From Candidatus Nanopelagicales bacterium (GTDB lineage Bacteria; Actinomycetota; Actinomycetes; S36-B12), in NCBI GenBank assembly GCA_030728405.1, contig JANQZS010000008.1:1-49860 (forward strand): a stretch of DNA of 49,860 nt, in the 5' to 3' direction. Numbering within the stretch: position 1 is the first letter of the stretch; each line of letters begins with the position of its first letter. Shown here piece after piece: positions 7,978-16,614 of the stretch. The notes below the pieces were generated by a model. The model had not been told where the DNA came from. It made no database searches and saw only the letters and a program-made list of their open reading frames with translations. The translations under genes and the position numbers were made by a program.

Positions 7978-8068
7978 GGGTCGGGTTCCCCTCGAAGCAG
8001 AACATGCTTATCCTTGGGGGAGTAAACGCGAGCTGCCTGCCAGCCCGCCCGACCGAGAGGGGGTCGTA

Positions 8069-8476
8069 ATGCCGCTATCTGAGCATGAGCAGCGTCTGCT
8101 CGAACAGATGGAAAAGGCGCTGTATGCCGAAGACCCCAAATTCGCTACGAGCCTGCGCTCCACATCTGTAGGAGCAGCCAGCCGTGGTCGAGCTGCCCTC
8201 GGTGTGCTGGGACTTTTCGCTGGCATGGGATTGATCTTGGCTGGCATGGCCGCCACGGTGATTGCACTTGGTGTTGCTGGTTTCGTCGTCATGCTTATTG
8301 GTGCCGTCATCACTTACACCGCATTTTCCACACGCACTGTCGTCACTGTTGTTGATGAAGAAGGCAACGAGATTCCTCAAGCCGCTGCGCCTCAGGCTCC
8401 GCCAGCTCAGGGCAACGGATTCATGGACCGACTTGAAGATCGCTGGCGTAAGCGCGCAGAAGGCGGCGAGCAGTAA
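8069..8476 (+). CDS. DUF3040 family membrane protein
   Basis: 'MPLSEHEQRLLEQMEKALYAEDPKFA' followed by two hydrophobic helices. GAGAGGGGG Shine-Dalgarno before the ATG at 8069. The upstream extension to 7847 overlaps dinB and was discarded. Confidence 0.8.
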   Translation: MPLSEHEQRLLEQMEKALYAEDPKFATSLRSTSVGAASRGRAALGVLGLFAGMGLILAGMAATVIALGVAGFVVMLIGAVITYTAFSTRTVVTVVDEEGNEIPQAAAPQAPPAQGNGFMDRLEDRWRKRAEGGEQ

Positions 8477-9745
8477 TTAACTCGCTGCCCCGCTAGGTAC
8501 TTCGGTAGCAACCGGCGGAGGAAAGTCGCACGTACTTGAAGCAGGGAGACCTTCAAATCTCTCCCACATCCAGCGCACCACACTCGGGCCCGCATCGAGT
8601 CCCGCGGTCATGTGGCCGACCCCACCCATCCACAAAGACGTGAGCGTTGATCCGGCTGCGCACCACTTTTCTTCGAGGTAGGCATTTGGTTCTGGAAGCA
8701 CTACTTCATCTGCAGTGCCCTGAGCGAGGAAGAACGGCAGATCGGCGGGCAGAGGTGCTGGCGTCTGAGCTTCCATAGCCGCAAGCCACTCGGGAACTGT
8801 CAGCGGATTCTTCTCGAAGAAATTCTGTCCGTAAATGTTCTGTCGCACCGTGGCTTCGAGTGCTGCGTTCTTCACGCAATCCTCGGCCAAACTCTCGTAA
8901 GAATTTTGGGCTTCGGAGGTGAGGATGGAATCCACGGGTAATTCGGGATATTCCAGCGGCCATGAGCGCAACACTTCCGCACCGATCACCCAGCCGATGA
9001 GCCCGGACCATTGAGCATCCAAAATCCGGGTCAGTTCAGCCGCTGGTGCGGCCGCCGCGACTCCCACCAAATTCAGTTCGGGTGCAAGCTCGGCCGCCAA
9101 TTGACCGGTCCAGATCGCGGAGTGACCCCCTTGGGAGTGGCCATACACACCCCAGGATTTAGAAGTGTCAGCTCCGGGAAGTTGGGCCACGGCTCGCACG
9201 CTGTTGACTACATCCCGGGCTTCTTGCTCACCGACCAGGTAACGCTCGATGCCTGGCGTGCCTAGGCCGTAGTAGTCAGTGGCAACAACCGCCCAACCCA
9301 GATCGAGCATTTGAGGCAGGAAGGTTACAAGTTGGCTCGTCGGGTCTGCCGAACGAGAGGGCGCGCATCCATCCCCTTGGCCAACGGTGCCGTGGGCCCA
9401 CGCCAGGGTTGGCCTACCGCTCGTAGCGGCCGGGGCATCAGGGATGAAAGCCGTTCCTGATGCTGCAGCCAATTCATCGTCAGTAGTGGCTGTGACGTAG
9501 AGAATTCGGTAGGCGGTGCCGCCGGAGACCGCGATCGGAAGTTGCTCAAAGTTCAGCAGGTCTCCTGCGAGGGCGCCGTTCAGCGGTGGGGGCTCATAAA
9601 AGGGGGCAATGCGATCTTGGGCGATGTCAGTATTCACCCGTTCGCTGAGGTAGATCCCCACCCCGACCATAAATCCAGCTACGAGAATCGCGCTGAGCGC
9701 GATGCCAATCAACTTCAAGACTTCACGAAAAGGTAGGTGCGGCAC
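8477..9745 (-). CDS. Secretory lipase (LIP family) / alpha-beta hydrolase with N-terminal membrane anchor
   Basis: 'GHSQGG' nucleophile elbow and N-terminal TM segment 'LKLIGIALSAILVAGFMVGVGIYL'. Overall LIP-like layout. GTG start. Its stop abuts the DUF3040 stop. Confidence 0.7.
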   Translation of the reverse strand: MPHLPFREVLKLIGIALSAILVAGFMVGVGIYLSERVNTDIAQDRIAPFYEPPPLNGALAGDLLNFEQLPIAVSGGTAYRILYVTATTDDELAAASGTAFIPDAPAATSGRPTLAWAHGTVGQGDGCAPSRSADPTSQLVTFLPQMLDLGWAVVATDYYGLGTPGIERYLVGEQEARDVVNSVRAVAQLPGADTSKSWGVYGHSQGGHSAIWTGQLAAELAPELNLVGVAAAAPAAELTRILDAQWSGLIGWVIGAEVLRSWPLEYPELPVDSILTSEAQNSYESLAEDCVKNAALEATVRQNIYGQNFFEKNPLTVPEWLAAMEAQTPAPLPADLPFFLAQGTADEVVLPEPNAYLEEKWCAAGSTLTSLWMGGVGHMTAGLDAGPSVVRWMWERFEGLPASSTCDFPPPVATEVPSGAAS

Positions 9746-9802
9746 ACCGCCACCGTACAGGTGCTAGATGATGGAGCCGTGGAGTCTCGCGAAGAGGTAG
9801 TT

Positions 9803-10321
9803 ATCGTGGTCCGGCCTGTGCCGGAACCCTTCAGCCCACGTGAATCGGAAGGGGGCGTAACCAATCCGATTGGCGCCGTAAAAGATGCTGCGCAAGACGC
9901 AGTTGCCAGTGCGGTGGGGTTGTTTTCTTACACAGCGCAATCTGCCGCAAAACTGGCCCAGGACACGGCAACGTCGGCCATCAATGTCACTCTCGATGTG
10001 GTTGTTCCAAAAGTTTCCGGGGCGATCTTGAGCCGTTTGGATTTAACTCAAATCGTGGTTGACAATGTAGATGTCAACAAGATTGCTGCGGCCGTAAACC
10101 TGGAGCCCATCATTGATCGAGTACCGATCACAGATATCGCTGACTACGTGATTGCTGAGATCGATCTTCCTGAAGTGATTCGAGGAAGCACGGGAGGTAT
10201 CGCCGATCAAGTGATGCAGGCAGTGAGGTTCAAAGCCATTTCGAGTGATCAGTCACTCGCCAGAATCGTCGACCGCATCTTGGTATGGCGTGATGGTCGT
10301 TCATTGAAGACAGAGAAATGA
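9803..10321 (+). CDS. Hypothetical protein, first gene of the envelope operon; start uncertain (GTG candidates at 9737, 9761, 9779, 9803 and 9815)
   Basis: The ORF is open from 9737. I chose the GTG at 9803 because GAAGAGG lies 8 nt upstream and the 9737 start would overlap the divergent lipase start. I recognise no family. It carries repeated acidic 'D(L/V)xx(I/V)(V/I)' segments. Its stop overlaps the next start (ATGA). Confidence 0.45.
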   Translation: MVVRPVPEPFSPRESEGGVTNPIGAVKDAAQDAVASAVGLFSYTAQSAAKLAQDTATSAINVTLDVVVPKVSGAILSRLDLTQIVVDNVDVNKIAAAVNLEPIIDRVPITDIADYVIAEIDLPEVIRGSTGGIADQVMQAVRFKAISSDQSLARIVDRILVWRDGRSLKTEK

Positions 10322-10839
10322 CGACCTTCAGCGAGTTTCAAAAAAATCCGGTGCCCCCTGCCGAACTCATCAAGAGTCAGAGAATCCCGCCGGCGGCCCG
10401 TCCCTTCCAGGGGAGTCGGGCCGGGCTCTTCTCCCGAGTAGCAGCGGATGTAATTGATGTTGTTGCGGTCAGCGTGCTGATGGTGGTGCTGTACTTCGGG
10501 TTAATGGCTGCCGAATTCATCTTCCTTCCCGAATCAAACATAATCAAATTGAATCCTTATCTTTTCCTTGCAGCCGGATATTTTGTGATGTGGCTGTACT
10601 GGACGTGGTCCTGGGCCACCACCGGCCGGACCTTGGGCAAAGGGATCATGGGGCTACGGGTGCTCAACCACAAAGGTGAACGGATGAGGTGGAGTGGTGC
10701 CGCGCTCCGATCGGTTTTCTGTCTCGTTTTCCCTTTCGGTTTGCTCTGGACCGTTGTCAGTAATCGGAACCGATCGGTCCAAGATGTCGTCTTACGAACG
10801 AGTGTGGTCAATGACTGGGGAGAGACGGTGAGCATATGA
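10318..10839 (+). CDS. RDD family membrane protein
   Basis: 'GRTLGKGIMGLRVLN...RSVQDVVLRTSVV' with three predicted TM helices is the typical RDD-domain architecture. Confidence 0.8.
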   Translation: MTTFSEFQKNPVPPAELIKSQRIPPAARPFQGSRAGLFSRVAADVIDVVAVSVLMVVLYFGLMAAEFIFLPESNIIKLNPYLFLAAGYFVMWLYWTWSWATTGRTLGKGIMGLRVLNHKGERMRWSGAALRSVFCLVFPFGLLWTVVSNRNRSVQDVVLRTSVVNDWGETVSI

Positions 10840-11192
10840 GCGCCACAAAGGTTCGAGGAATTTCTTCCGCAGCGAGCATAGGTTTGGTCATTGTGTTGGG
10901 ATTGACTGCGTGTGGGGGTGCCGATCCCGTCCCAGAACGCAGCCCGATGACCAGTCAGGAGGAAGGTTCAGCCATGAATGAGATCACGTCTGATCAGGTC
11001 ACCTTCGCTGAAGATCTGATTGCGCAAGGTGTAGATGAAGCAACGGCCGCTGCCACCATTGAAGCCGCGGGTTACACCTACCGCGTGATCATGATTGATG
11101 GTGAATCTCTGCCCATGACAATGGATTACAGACTGGACCGAATCAATCTCACCTTGCAAGATGGGATTGTTGTGGATGCCTCGTGGGGTTAA
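10836..11192 (+). CDS. Lipoprotein with a C-terminal I78-family peptidase-inhibitor-like domain
   Basis: Signal peptide plus lipobox 'LGLTAC|GG'. The C-terminus 'AAGYTYRVIMIDGESLPMTMDYRLDRINLTLQDGIVVDASWG' resembles the I78 inhibitor fold signature (...R(V/I)i..g...TmDyr.dRlN...). Confidence 0.6.
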   Translation: MSATKVRGISSAASIGLVIVLGLTACGGADPVPERSPMTSQEEGSAMNEITSDQVTFAEDLIAQGVDEATAAATIEAAGYTYRVIMIDGESLPMTMDYRLDRINLTLQDGIVVDASWG

Positions 11193-11905
11193 GCCGATGG
11201 GTGGCCGCCTGCGCCGCTCTCACGCTCGCCCTCGGGGTGACCGCACCTGCGGTCCACGCGGAAACTATCTCTACGCCCCCGGTGATCACCCCATACGCCG
11301 AATTTTCCATTGCAATGGAAAACGATTTGGAGTTTCAAAGTAGTTCGTGCCTGTATGTTCCGCTGGAAATCACGTTTGGCCGCTCAGATGAAGCGATCAT
11401 GTTGGGGGAGTTGACCGTGACCCGCCCCGGCACTGATGTTCTCAACGAGGGCACCTTCGTGATCTTGCCGGCTGATCCAGTCTTTGGCACCCGCCTCGAC
11501 GAAGTGTTTGTTTGCCCAGCAGATGGCTCGGGAGAGTTTCGCCTCGCTGGCCAGGTTGTTGTCACATCTGGGATAAACGAGGTGGTGGCTGCCGTTCCTG
11601 AATTGACTTTCTATGTGAAGCGAACCCCGAGCGCTATTCGTACGCTTCGGGCTAGCACCAACGCCACGGGAGTCGTGGTTCAGGGAAAGGCCGTGGCGAA
11701 TGGCTTCCCAGCGACCGGAATAGCGCGAATACAGGTAAAGGTCCCTGGTTCGAAGAAATGGTCAACTGCGATAAATGCCCCCATTGACAGGCGCGGTGCC
11801 TTCAGCCAGGTACTTGCTCGCACTGTTCCTCGTGGCAGCCTGATTCGAGCAACTTTGACTGATTGCTCATGGTGCGGTCGATCCAGCGCCTCAACGCGTC
11901 TGTAG
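11183..11905 (+). CDS. Secreted hypothetical protein (beta-rich, four Cys)
   Basis: Sec signal 'WVAACAALTLALGVTAPAVHA|ET'. No family recognised. Overlaps the preceding gene by 10 nt. Confidence 0.5.
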   Translation: MGLSRWVAACAALTLALGVTAPAVHAETISTPPVITPYAEFSIAMENDLEFQSSSCLYVPLEITFGRSDEAIMLGELTVTRPGTDVLNEGTFVILPADPVFGTRLDEVFVCPADGSGEFRLAGQVVVTSGINEVVAAVPELTFYVKRTPSAIRTLRASTNATGVVVQGKAVANGFPATGIARIQVKVPGSKKWSTAINAPIDRRGAFSQVLARTVPRGSLIRATLTDCSWCGRSSASTRL

Positions 11906-12027
11906 TTCCCCTTGCCCGCAACTCATTGACGGGTAAAAGGGTAGATCTCAGTCGGAGGGGAACGTGGTGATCCGGCACATTGTCGGTGGTGACCGGTAGT
12001 TTGCAGGCACGCCCTGAAGGAGTCTGA

Positions 12028-13230
12028 ATGAATGCCGTGTCACTCGTTGTTGTGGTTGCTGCCGTTGTCATAGGCGCTGCCATCGGCTGGCTGGTTGCTG
12101 CCCGCACATGGAAAGCGCGAATGGGTGAACTCGATGCTCAGTTGCGCCGTGAAAGTGAAGTCGGCGCCGCCGAGTTGCGCACGGAACTTGCCGGAGCAGA
12201 AGGCGAATTGCGCTTACTCAAAGCAGACCGCGAGAAACTGCAGGTGGAACAGGCAGAGGGTAAATCACTTGAAGAGAAGATTCAGCCGCTCAAGGATGCT
12301 CTTGAGTCGGTCCGGATCCAAGCTCAGCGGGCCAATGTGGAGCGGGCTGAAGCAGATGCCCAATTGCGTGAACAGATTGAAGGTGTTCAGCGCGGTTACA
12401 CATCCTTAGAGGGGGCCACCAGGCAATTGGTTGCAGCCATGTCTTCTGGGCAATCTCGTGGCCAATGGGGCGAAATGCAACTTGAGCAATTGCTTGATCA
12501 CTCGGGCTTGATTGAAGGAACCCACTACAAACGCCAAGACACTCGCCTTGGCGCAACCGGATCTTCTCGCCCAGACATTGTCATCATGCTTCCCGGCGGG
12601 GGTGAAATCCTTATTGATGCGAAATTTCCATTTGATGCCTATTGGAAAGCCATCGAAGCGGGTCAAACGCCCGAATCGGCGCTGCATCTGAAAAAGCACT
12701 CTGACGACGTTCTGGCCCGGGCCAAAGAACTATCCGGCAAGCGTTACTCAGACTCATCATCAAGTCCCGATTTCGTCATCATGTTCCTTCCGTTGGAGTC
12801 ATTGCTATCTAGTGCTCTAGAAGCGAATGGCCTCATCTTGGAAGAGACTTTCCAGCGCAACGTCATTTTGGCGACACCTACCTCGATGCTGGGAATGCTG
12901 CGCACAATTTCATTCGGATATCAGCGTCGGTTGATGGCTGATAACGCTGAAGAAATCCGGGAAGCCGGGGCTGAAATGCTCAATCGCCTTGGTGCGGCAG
13001 TTGAGCACATTGATGGCATGCGGCGCGGGCTCACGCAAGCCGTTAAGGGCTATAACAGTTTTGTCGGGTCCTTTGACAGCCGAGTAATGACTCAGGCGCG
13101 CAAGATGAGTGAATTGGGAGTGTCTACTCAGCGAAGTCTGGAAGCACCCGAAGAGATAAGTGAAACCCCGCGAGAGACGAGGAATTCACCGGCACTTCCC
13201 GAGGCCGAGGAACTATTTCTAGATTCGTAG
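12028..13230 (+). CDS. rmuC: DNA recombination protein RmuC
   Basis: N-terminal TM helix, a long coiled coil, then 'GQWGEMQLEQLLDHSGLIEGTHYKRQ...PDIVIMLPGGGEILIDAKFP'. This is the RmuC nuclease-like core. Confidence 0.85.
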   Translation: MNAVSLVVVVAAVVIGAAIGWLVAARTWKARMGELDAQLRRESEVGAAELRTELAGAEGELRLLKADREKLQVEQAEGKSLEEKIQPLKDALESVRIQAQRANVERAEADAQLREQIEGVQRGYTSLEGATRQLVAAMSSGQSRGQWGEMQLEQLLDHSGLIEGTHYKRQDTRLGATGSSRPDIVIMLPGGGEILIDAKFPFDAYWKAIEAGQTPESALHLKKHSDDVLARAKELSGKRYSDSSSSPDFVIMFLPLESLLSSALEANGLILEETFQRNVILATPTSMLGMLRTISFGYQRRLMADNAEEIREAGAEMLNRLGAAVEHIDGMRRGLTQAVKGYNSFVGSFDSRVMTQARKMSELGVSTQRSLEAPEEISETPRETRNSPALPEAEELFLDS

Positions 13231-13253
13231 TCTTCAATGCTTCGATTACTCAT

Positions 13254-15371
13254 TCAGTCTTCGATGGTCACGAGGTGCAGATCTCGGGTGGCCCGGGTGC
13301 AGGCAACATAGATATCTGCTCCATGAGGTGCCTGACGACTGATCTCTTCAGGATCAACAACAAACACAATGTCGAATTCAAGTCCTTTGGTATCGCGCAC
13401 GGGGAGTACTGCGATCCGCGCATCAACTGCTGTTTCTCCACGACCAAACTCCGCCGAAGTCAACAACTCATTCCACGAATCGAGTTGCGCATCGGGGACA
13501 ATCACTACGACCCGTCCAGGCTCGTCTGCCGTGGTCTGCACGAGGAATTCCGACAATGACTGCTTGCTGATCCGCTCATTAATCGTTGGACTGCCATCTC
13601 TAATTGCAGTGAGATGCGGCGCGGAACCACCGGCCTGTTGGAGTAATCTACTTGCGGTATCGGCCGTCTGCCTTGTGATTCGGTAGGTAACCGAAAGCTG
13701 GTGAACAGTAATCGAATCGGACGCCCATTCAAGGGCTTGTTGCCAAGATCGCGCTCCGGCCGGATGCGATCCTTGTTGCAAATCGCCCACAATTGTCATT
13801 GACCGTCTGACTGCTCTGCGTTGCACGGAGCGCCATGCCATCCGGCTTAGCTCCTGCGCCTCATCGACCACAACATGGCCATATACCCACTCGCGATCTG
13901 AAAGTGCTCGCTCGACGATCGAGGATCCGCTTCGTTCCACATGAAGGGCGTTCGCGGTATGAAGAGAGCGTGCATCAAGTTCGTCAACATCGCTTCGGCT
14001 TGCTGTGCGAGCTGGGGGAGTCCAGATGCCAAGCAGGTCTGCACATTCATCGAGCAACGGAACGTCGTCGACAGTCCAGGGCGCTGCAGCATCTCGCTGC
14101 AACAGGCGAATTTCCGCATGGGTCAGAATTCCTTGAGCGCATTGCACGGCGAACGCCTCATCGTTAAAGAACCGAGTGAGCAGGCGCTCTGGGCTGGTGG
14201 GTAGCCACATGAGGTTGAGGGTGCGTCGGATACCAACATCATCCACGATTTCACCGATGATGTCGGTGCGCACATCCACATCATCCGGGTCATCGCCGGA
14301 GCTTCTGGCGATTGTTCTGGCCATCTGATCAAGAAGTCGCCGGAGGAATGGCTCGCGGGCTTCATGGAACGTCGCATTTTTGGGAACAGCTTTCAACGCC
14401 GAGCGCAGTTGGGTGGTGGTGACTGCAATAGTTCTACCGTTCTCGGTACGAATGGTGATGTCTTGGTCGGGCACTCGCTTGCACGAGTCCACCAGTCGTG
14501 CAATCACCTCAACCATGCGGAGGTCACCCTTGAGGCGCGCAACCTCTGTGGCGTCGGACTTTGACGTAGAGACGCCCGGATAAAGCTGGCCTGGAGTTAG
14601 AAGCACAACATCGGTTTCCCCCAAGCTTGGAAGAACTTGATCGATGTAGCGGAGAAAGACCGGGCTCGGCCCAATGATGAGTACGCCATCTTGGGCTAGG
14701 CGATCTCGGTACGTGTAGAGGAGCCAGGCTGCGCGGTGGAGCGCGACCACGGTTTTGCCAGTACCGGGACCACCCTCAACCACGGTGACTCCGGCTAGTG
14801 GGCTGCGGATAATTGCATCTTGATCCGTTGCGATGGTTGCCAGAATGTCTGCCATGCGTCCATCACGTGGCGCCAACACGGAAGCAGCAGCGGCATCGTT
14901 ATTGGCGGAGGTCGCTCCCGTGAGATCCCCGAAAAATTCATCGTCGACGTGGGTGACCTCGTGTGTTGAACCATCTTCCTTGATGATGATTCGTCGTCGC
15001 CTTTCTAATCCCATGGGGTCGACGGTTGTCGCCTGATAGAACGGGGCTGAGTGTGGGGCACGCCAATCGAGCAGAAGCGGCTCGCCATCTGGGGTGCGCA
15101 ATCCGATGCGACCTATTCGGTGACTCGTGCCATCGTCTGCATCGATGCGACCGAAACAAAGCCGGTTGGATCCGGCGAGAGCGGCTCGTTCCTGTCGGTG
15201 CACATCACCGAGGAGTGCCTCACGTTCTAGGACATCTTGTCCGGTACCGGTAGCTGGTGCGTTGGTGAGTGCATCTCGCCTGCGGCGAAGATCTTTGAGG
15301 TAGTCACCGAGAAGCGCGTAGGCAGAGTCAACAAAACTCTGCTCCTCCTGCAAACTCGATGACACGTGCAC
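13254..15371 (-). CDS. helD: HelD-type UvrD-like helicase/ATPase (RNA polymerase-associated, class II actinobacterial HelD-like)
   Basis: Walker A 'GGPGTGKT' and Walker B 'VVDEAQE'. C-terminal 'LPVRDTKGLEFDIVFVV' and 'YVACTRATRDL'. The N-terminal extension is typical of HelD. The start could be the second GTG at 15365, which has better spacing from AGGAG. Confidence 0.75.
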   Translation of the reverse strand: MHVSSSLQEEQSFVDSAYALLGDYLKDLRRRRDALTNAPATGTGQDVLEREALLGDVHRQERAALAGSNRLCFGRIDADDGTSHRIGRIGLRTPDGEPLLLDWRAPHSAPFYQATTVDPMGLERRRRIIIKEDGSTHEVTHVDDEFFGDLTGATSANNDAAAASVLAPRDGRMADILATIATDQDAIIRSPLAGVTVVEGGPGTGKTVVALHRAAWLLYTYRDRLAQDGVLIIGPSPVFLRYIDQVLPSLGETDVVLLTPGQLYPGVSTSKSDATEVARLKGDLRMVEVIARLVDSCKRVPDQDITIRTENGRTIAVTTTQLRSALKAVPKNATFHEAREPFLRRLLDQMARTIARSSGDDPDDVDVRTDIIGEIVDDVGIRRTLNLMWLPTSPERLLTRFFNDEAFAVQCAQGILTHAEIRLLQRDAAAPWTVDDVPLLDECADLLGIWTPPARTASRSDVDELDARSLHTANALHVERSGSSIVERALSDREWVYGHVVVDEAQELSRMAWRSVQRRAVRRSMTIVGDLQQGSHPAGARSWQQALEWASDSITVHQLSVTYRITRQTADTASRLLQQAGGSAPHLTAIRDGSPTINERISKQSLSEFLVQTTADEPGRVVVIVPDAQLDSWNELLTSAEFGRGETAVDARIAVLPVRDTKGLEFDIVFVVDPEEISRQAPHGADIYVACTRATRDLHLVTIED

Positions 15372-15468
15372 AACTCCTGTATCTCTTAGTCGGCCTCACC
15401 GGCAGCGCTATCGCGCTTGGTTTCGGGGCTAAGAGTCTGGCACGTCACGTGTGAACGCGCACACGGGG

Positions 15469-16593
15469 TCAGGCCAAAAGGTGCCGAGCCATGACAACCC
15501 GCTGAATTTGGTTGGTTCCCTCGTAGATCTGGGTGATTTTGGCATCTCGCATCATGCGTTCAACGGGATAGTCGGTGGTAAATCCGTATCCGCCAAGGAG
15601 CTCAACGGCCTTACCGGTAACCATGTTGGCCACATCGGATGCGAAGCACTTGGCAGCTGAGGCGGCGTAGGTGGCACGGATGTGGCCGTCCTCAGCCAAT
15701 CGGGCGGCTTCGTAAGTGAGTTGGCGGGCGGCTTCAAGTTGCATCCCCATCTCAGCCACCATGAATTGAATCCCCTGAAAGTCCGAGATCGGCTTACCGA
15801 ACTGACGTCGCTCTTTGATGTAGCCAATGGCGTAGTCGAGTGCGCCCTGCGCAATACCGACAGCTTGCGCGGCAATGGTGGGTCTTGTGTGATCGAGACT
15901 TCGCAGCGCAGTGGAGAATCCGGTGCCCTCATCACCAATGAGGCGATCTGCAGGAACCTCGACGTTATCGAAGTACACCTCTCGGGTGGGAGACCCCTTG
16001 ATTCCAAGTTTGCTTTCTTTAGCACCGAAACTCACTCCAGGGTCATCGGCGTGCACCACGAACGAAGAAATTCCACGCGCACCCTTATCTGGGTCGGTGA
16101 CAGCCATGACGGTATAGAACTGTGACACGCCAGCATGTGTTATCCAACGCTTGACTCCGTTCAGCAGCCAACCAGCATCAGTTGATACCGCGCGGGTCTT
16201 CATAGCGGCCGCATCTGAACCTGCATCTGGTTCGGAAAGTGCGTACGAGAACATCACTTCGCCGGAAGCCAACTGTGGAAGATAGCGGGAGCAGATGTCA
16301 GGGGAGCCGGCAAGAAGCATCCCTGCTGAACCAAGTTTGTTGACCGCCGGGATGAGTGATGACGATGCGCAGCCTTGGGCAACTTCCTCAATAACGATGC
16401 ACACACCAACTGCATCCATCCCTGCTCCGCCAAAATCCTCGGGTATGTGCGGTGCGTGTAGGTCAGCAGCAATCAGAGCCAGTCGGGCCTCTTCTGGAAA
16501 ACGAGACTCACGATCAACTTCAGCGGCAAAGGGGGCTATTTGCTCTTCGGCGATGGTGCGAGAGAGCTGCCGTATCTCCCCGTGTAGATCCAT
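15469..16593 (-). CDS. Acyl-CoA dehydrogenase
   Basis: 'YALSEPDAGSDA', 'WITHAG' and C-terminal 'IYEGTNQIQRVVMAR' are canonical ACAD motifs. Confidence 0.9.
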   Translation of the reverse strand: MDLHGEIRQLSRTIAEEQIAPFAAEVDRESRFPEEARLALIAADLHAPHIPEDFGGAGMDAVGVCIVIEEVAQGCASSSLIPAVNKLGSAGMLLAGSPDICSRYLPQLASGEVMFSYALSEPDAGSDAAAMKTRAVSTDAGWLLNGVKRWITHAGVSQFYTVMAVTDPDKGARGISSFVVHADDPGVSFGAKESKLGIKGSPTREVYFDNVEVPADRLIGDEGTGFSTALRSLDHTRPTIAAQAVGIAQGALDYAIGYIKERRQFGKPISDFQGIQFMVAEMGMQLEAARQLTYEAARLAEDGHIRATYAASAAKCFASDVANMVTGKAVELLGGYGFTTDYPVERMMRDAKITQIYEGTNQIQRVVMARHLLA

Positions 16594-16614
16594 GACGCCA
16601 GCCTATGGATCAGG

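Noticed and set aside
7995-8015. Possible second LexA site (GAAGCAGAACATGCTTAT) between dinB and the DUF3040 gene.
   Set aside because: Only one GAAC half-site is present, and the GTTC partner at the N4 spacing is missing.
8474-8479. Directly abutting convergent stop codons (TAA|TTA) of the DUF3040 gene and the lipase gene.
   Set aside because: The observation is real but unremarkable in compact genomes, and no additional element is encoded there.
12028-15371. RmuC plus HelD as a two-gene nucleic-acid defence-like module.
   Set aside because: The genes are convergent (23 bp between stops), so they are not an operon. Both are widespread housekeeping-type actinobacterial genes, and no accessory nuclease, methylase or sensor genes accompany them.
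15372-15468. Rifamycin-associated element (RAE)-type palindrome upstream of the HelD-like gene, as found upstream of Streptomyces helR.
   Set aside because: Only a short 6-bp hairpin (CGTGTG-N6-CACACG, 15448-15465) is present. It is best explained as the end of the upstream acyl-CoA dehydrogenase transcript. There is no long GC palindrome, so there is no evidence for a HelR-type resistance role.
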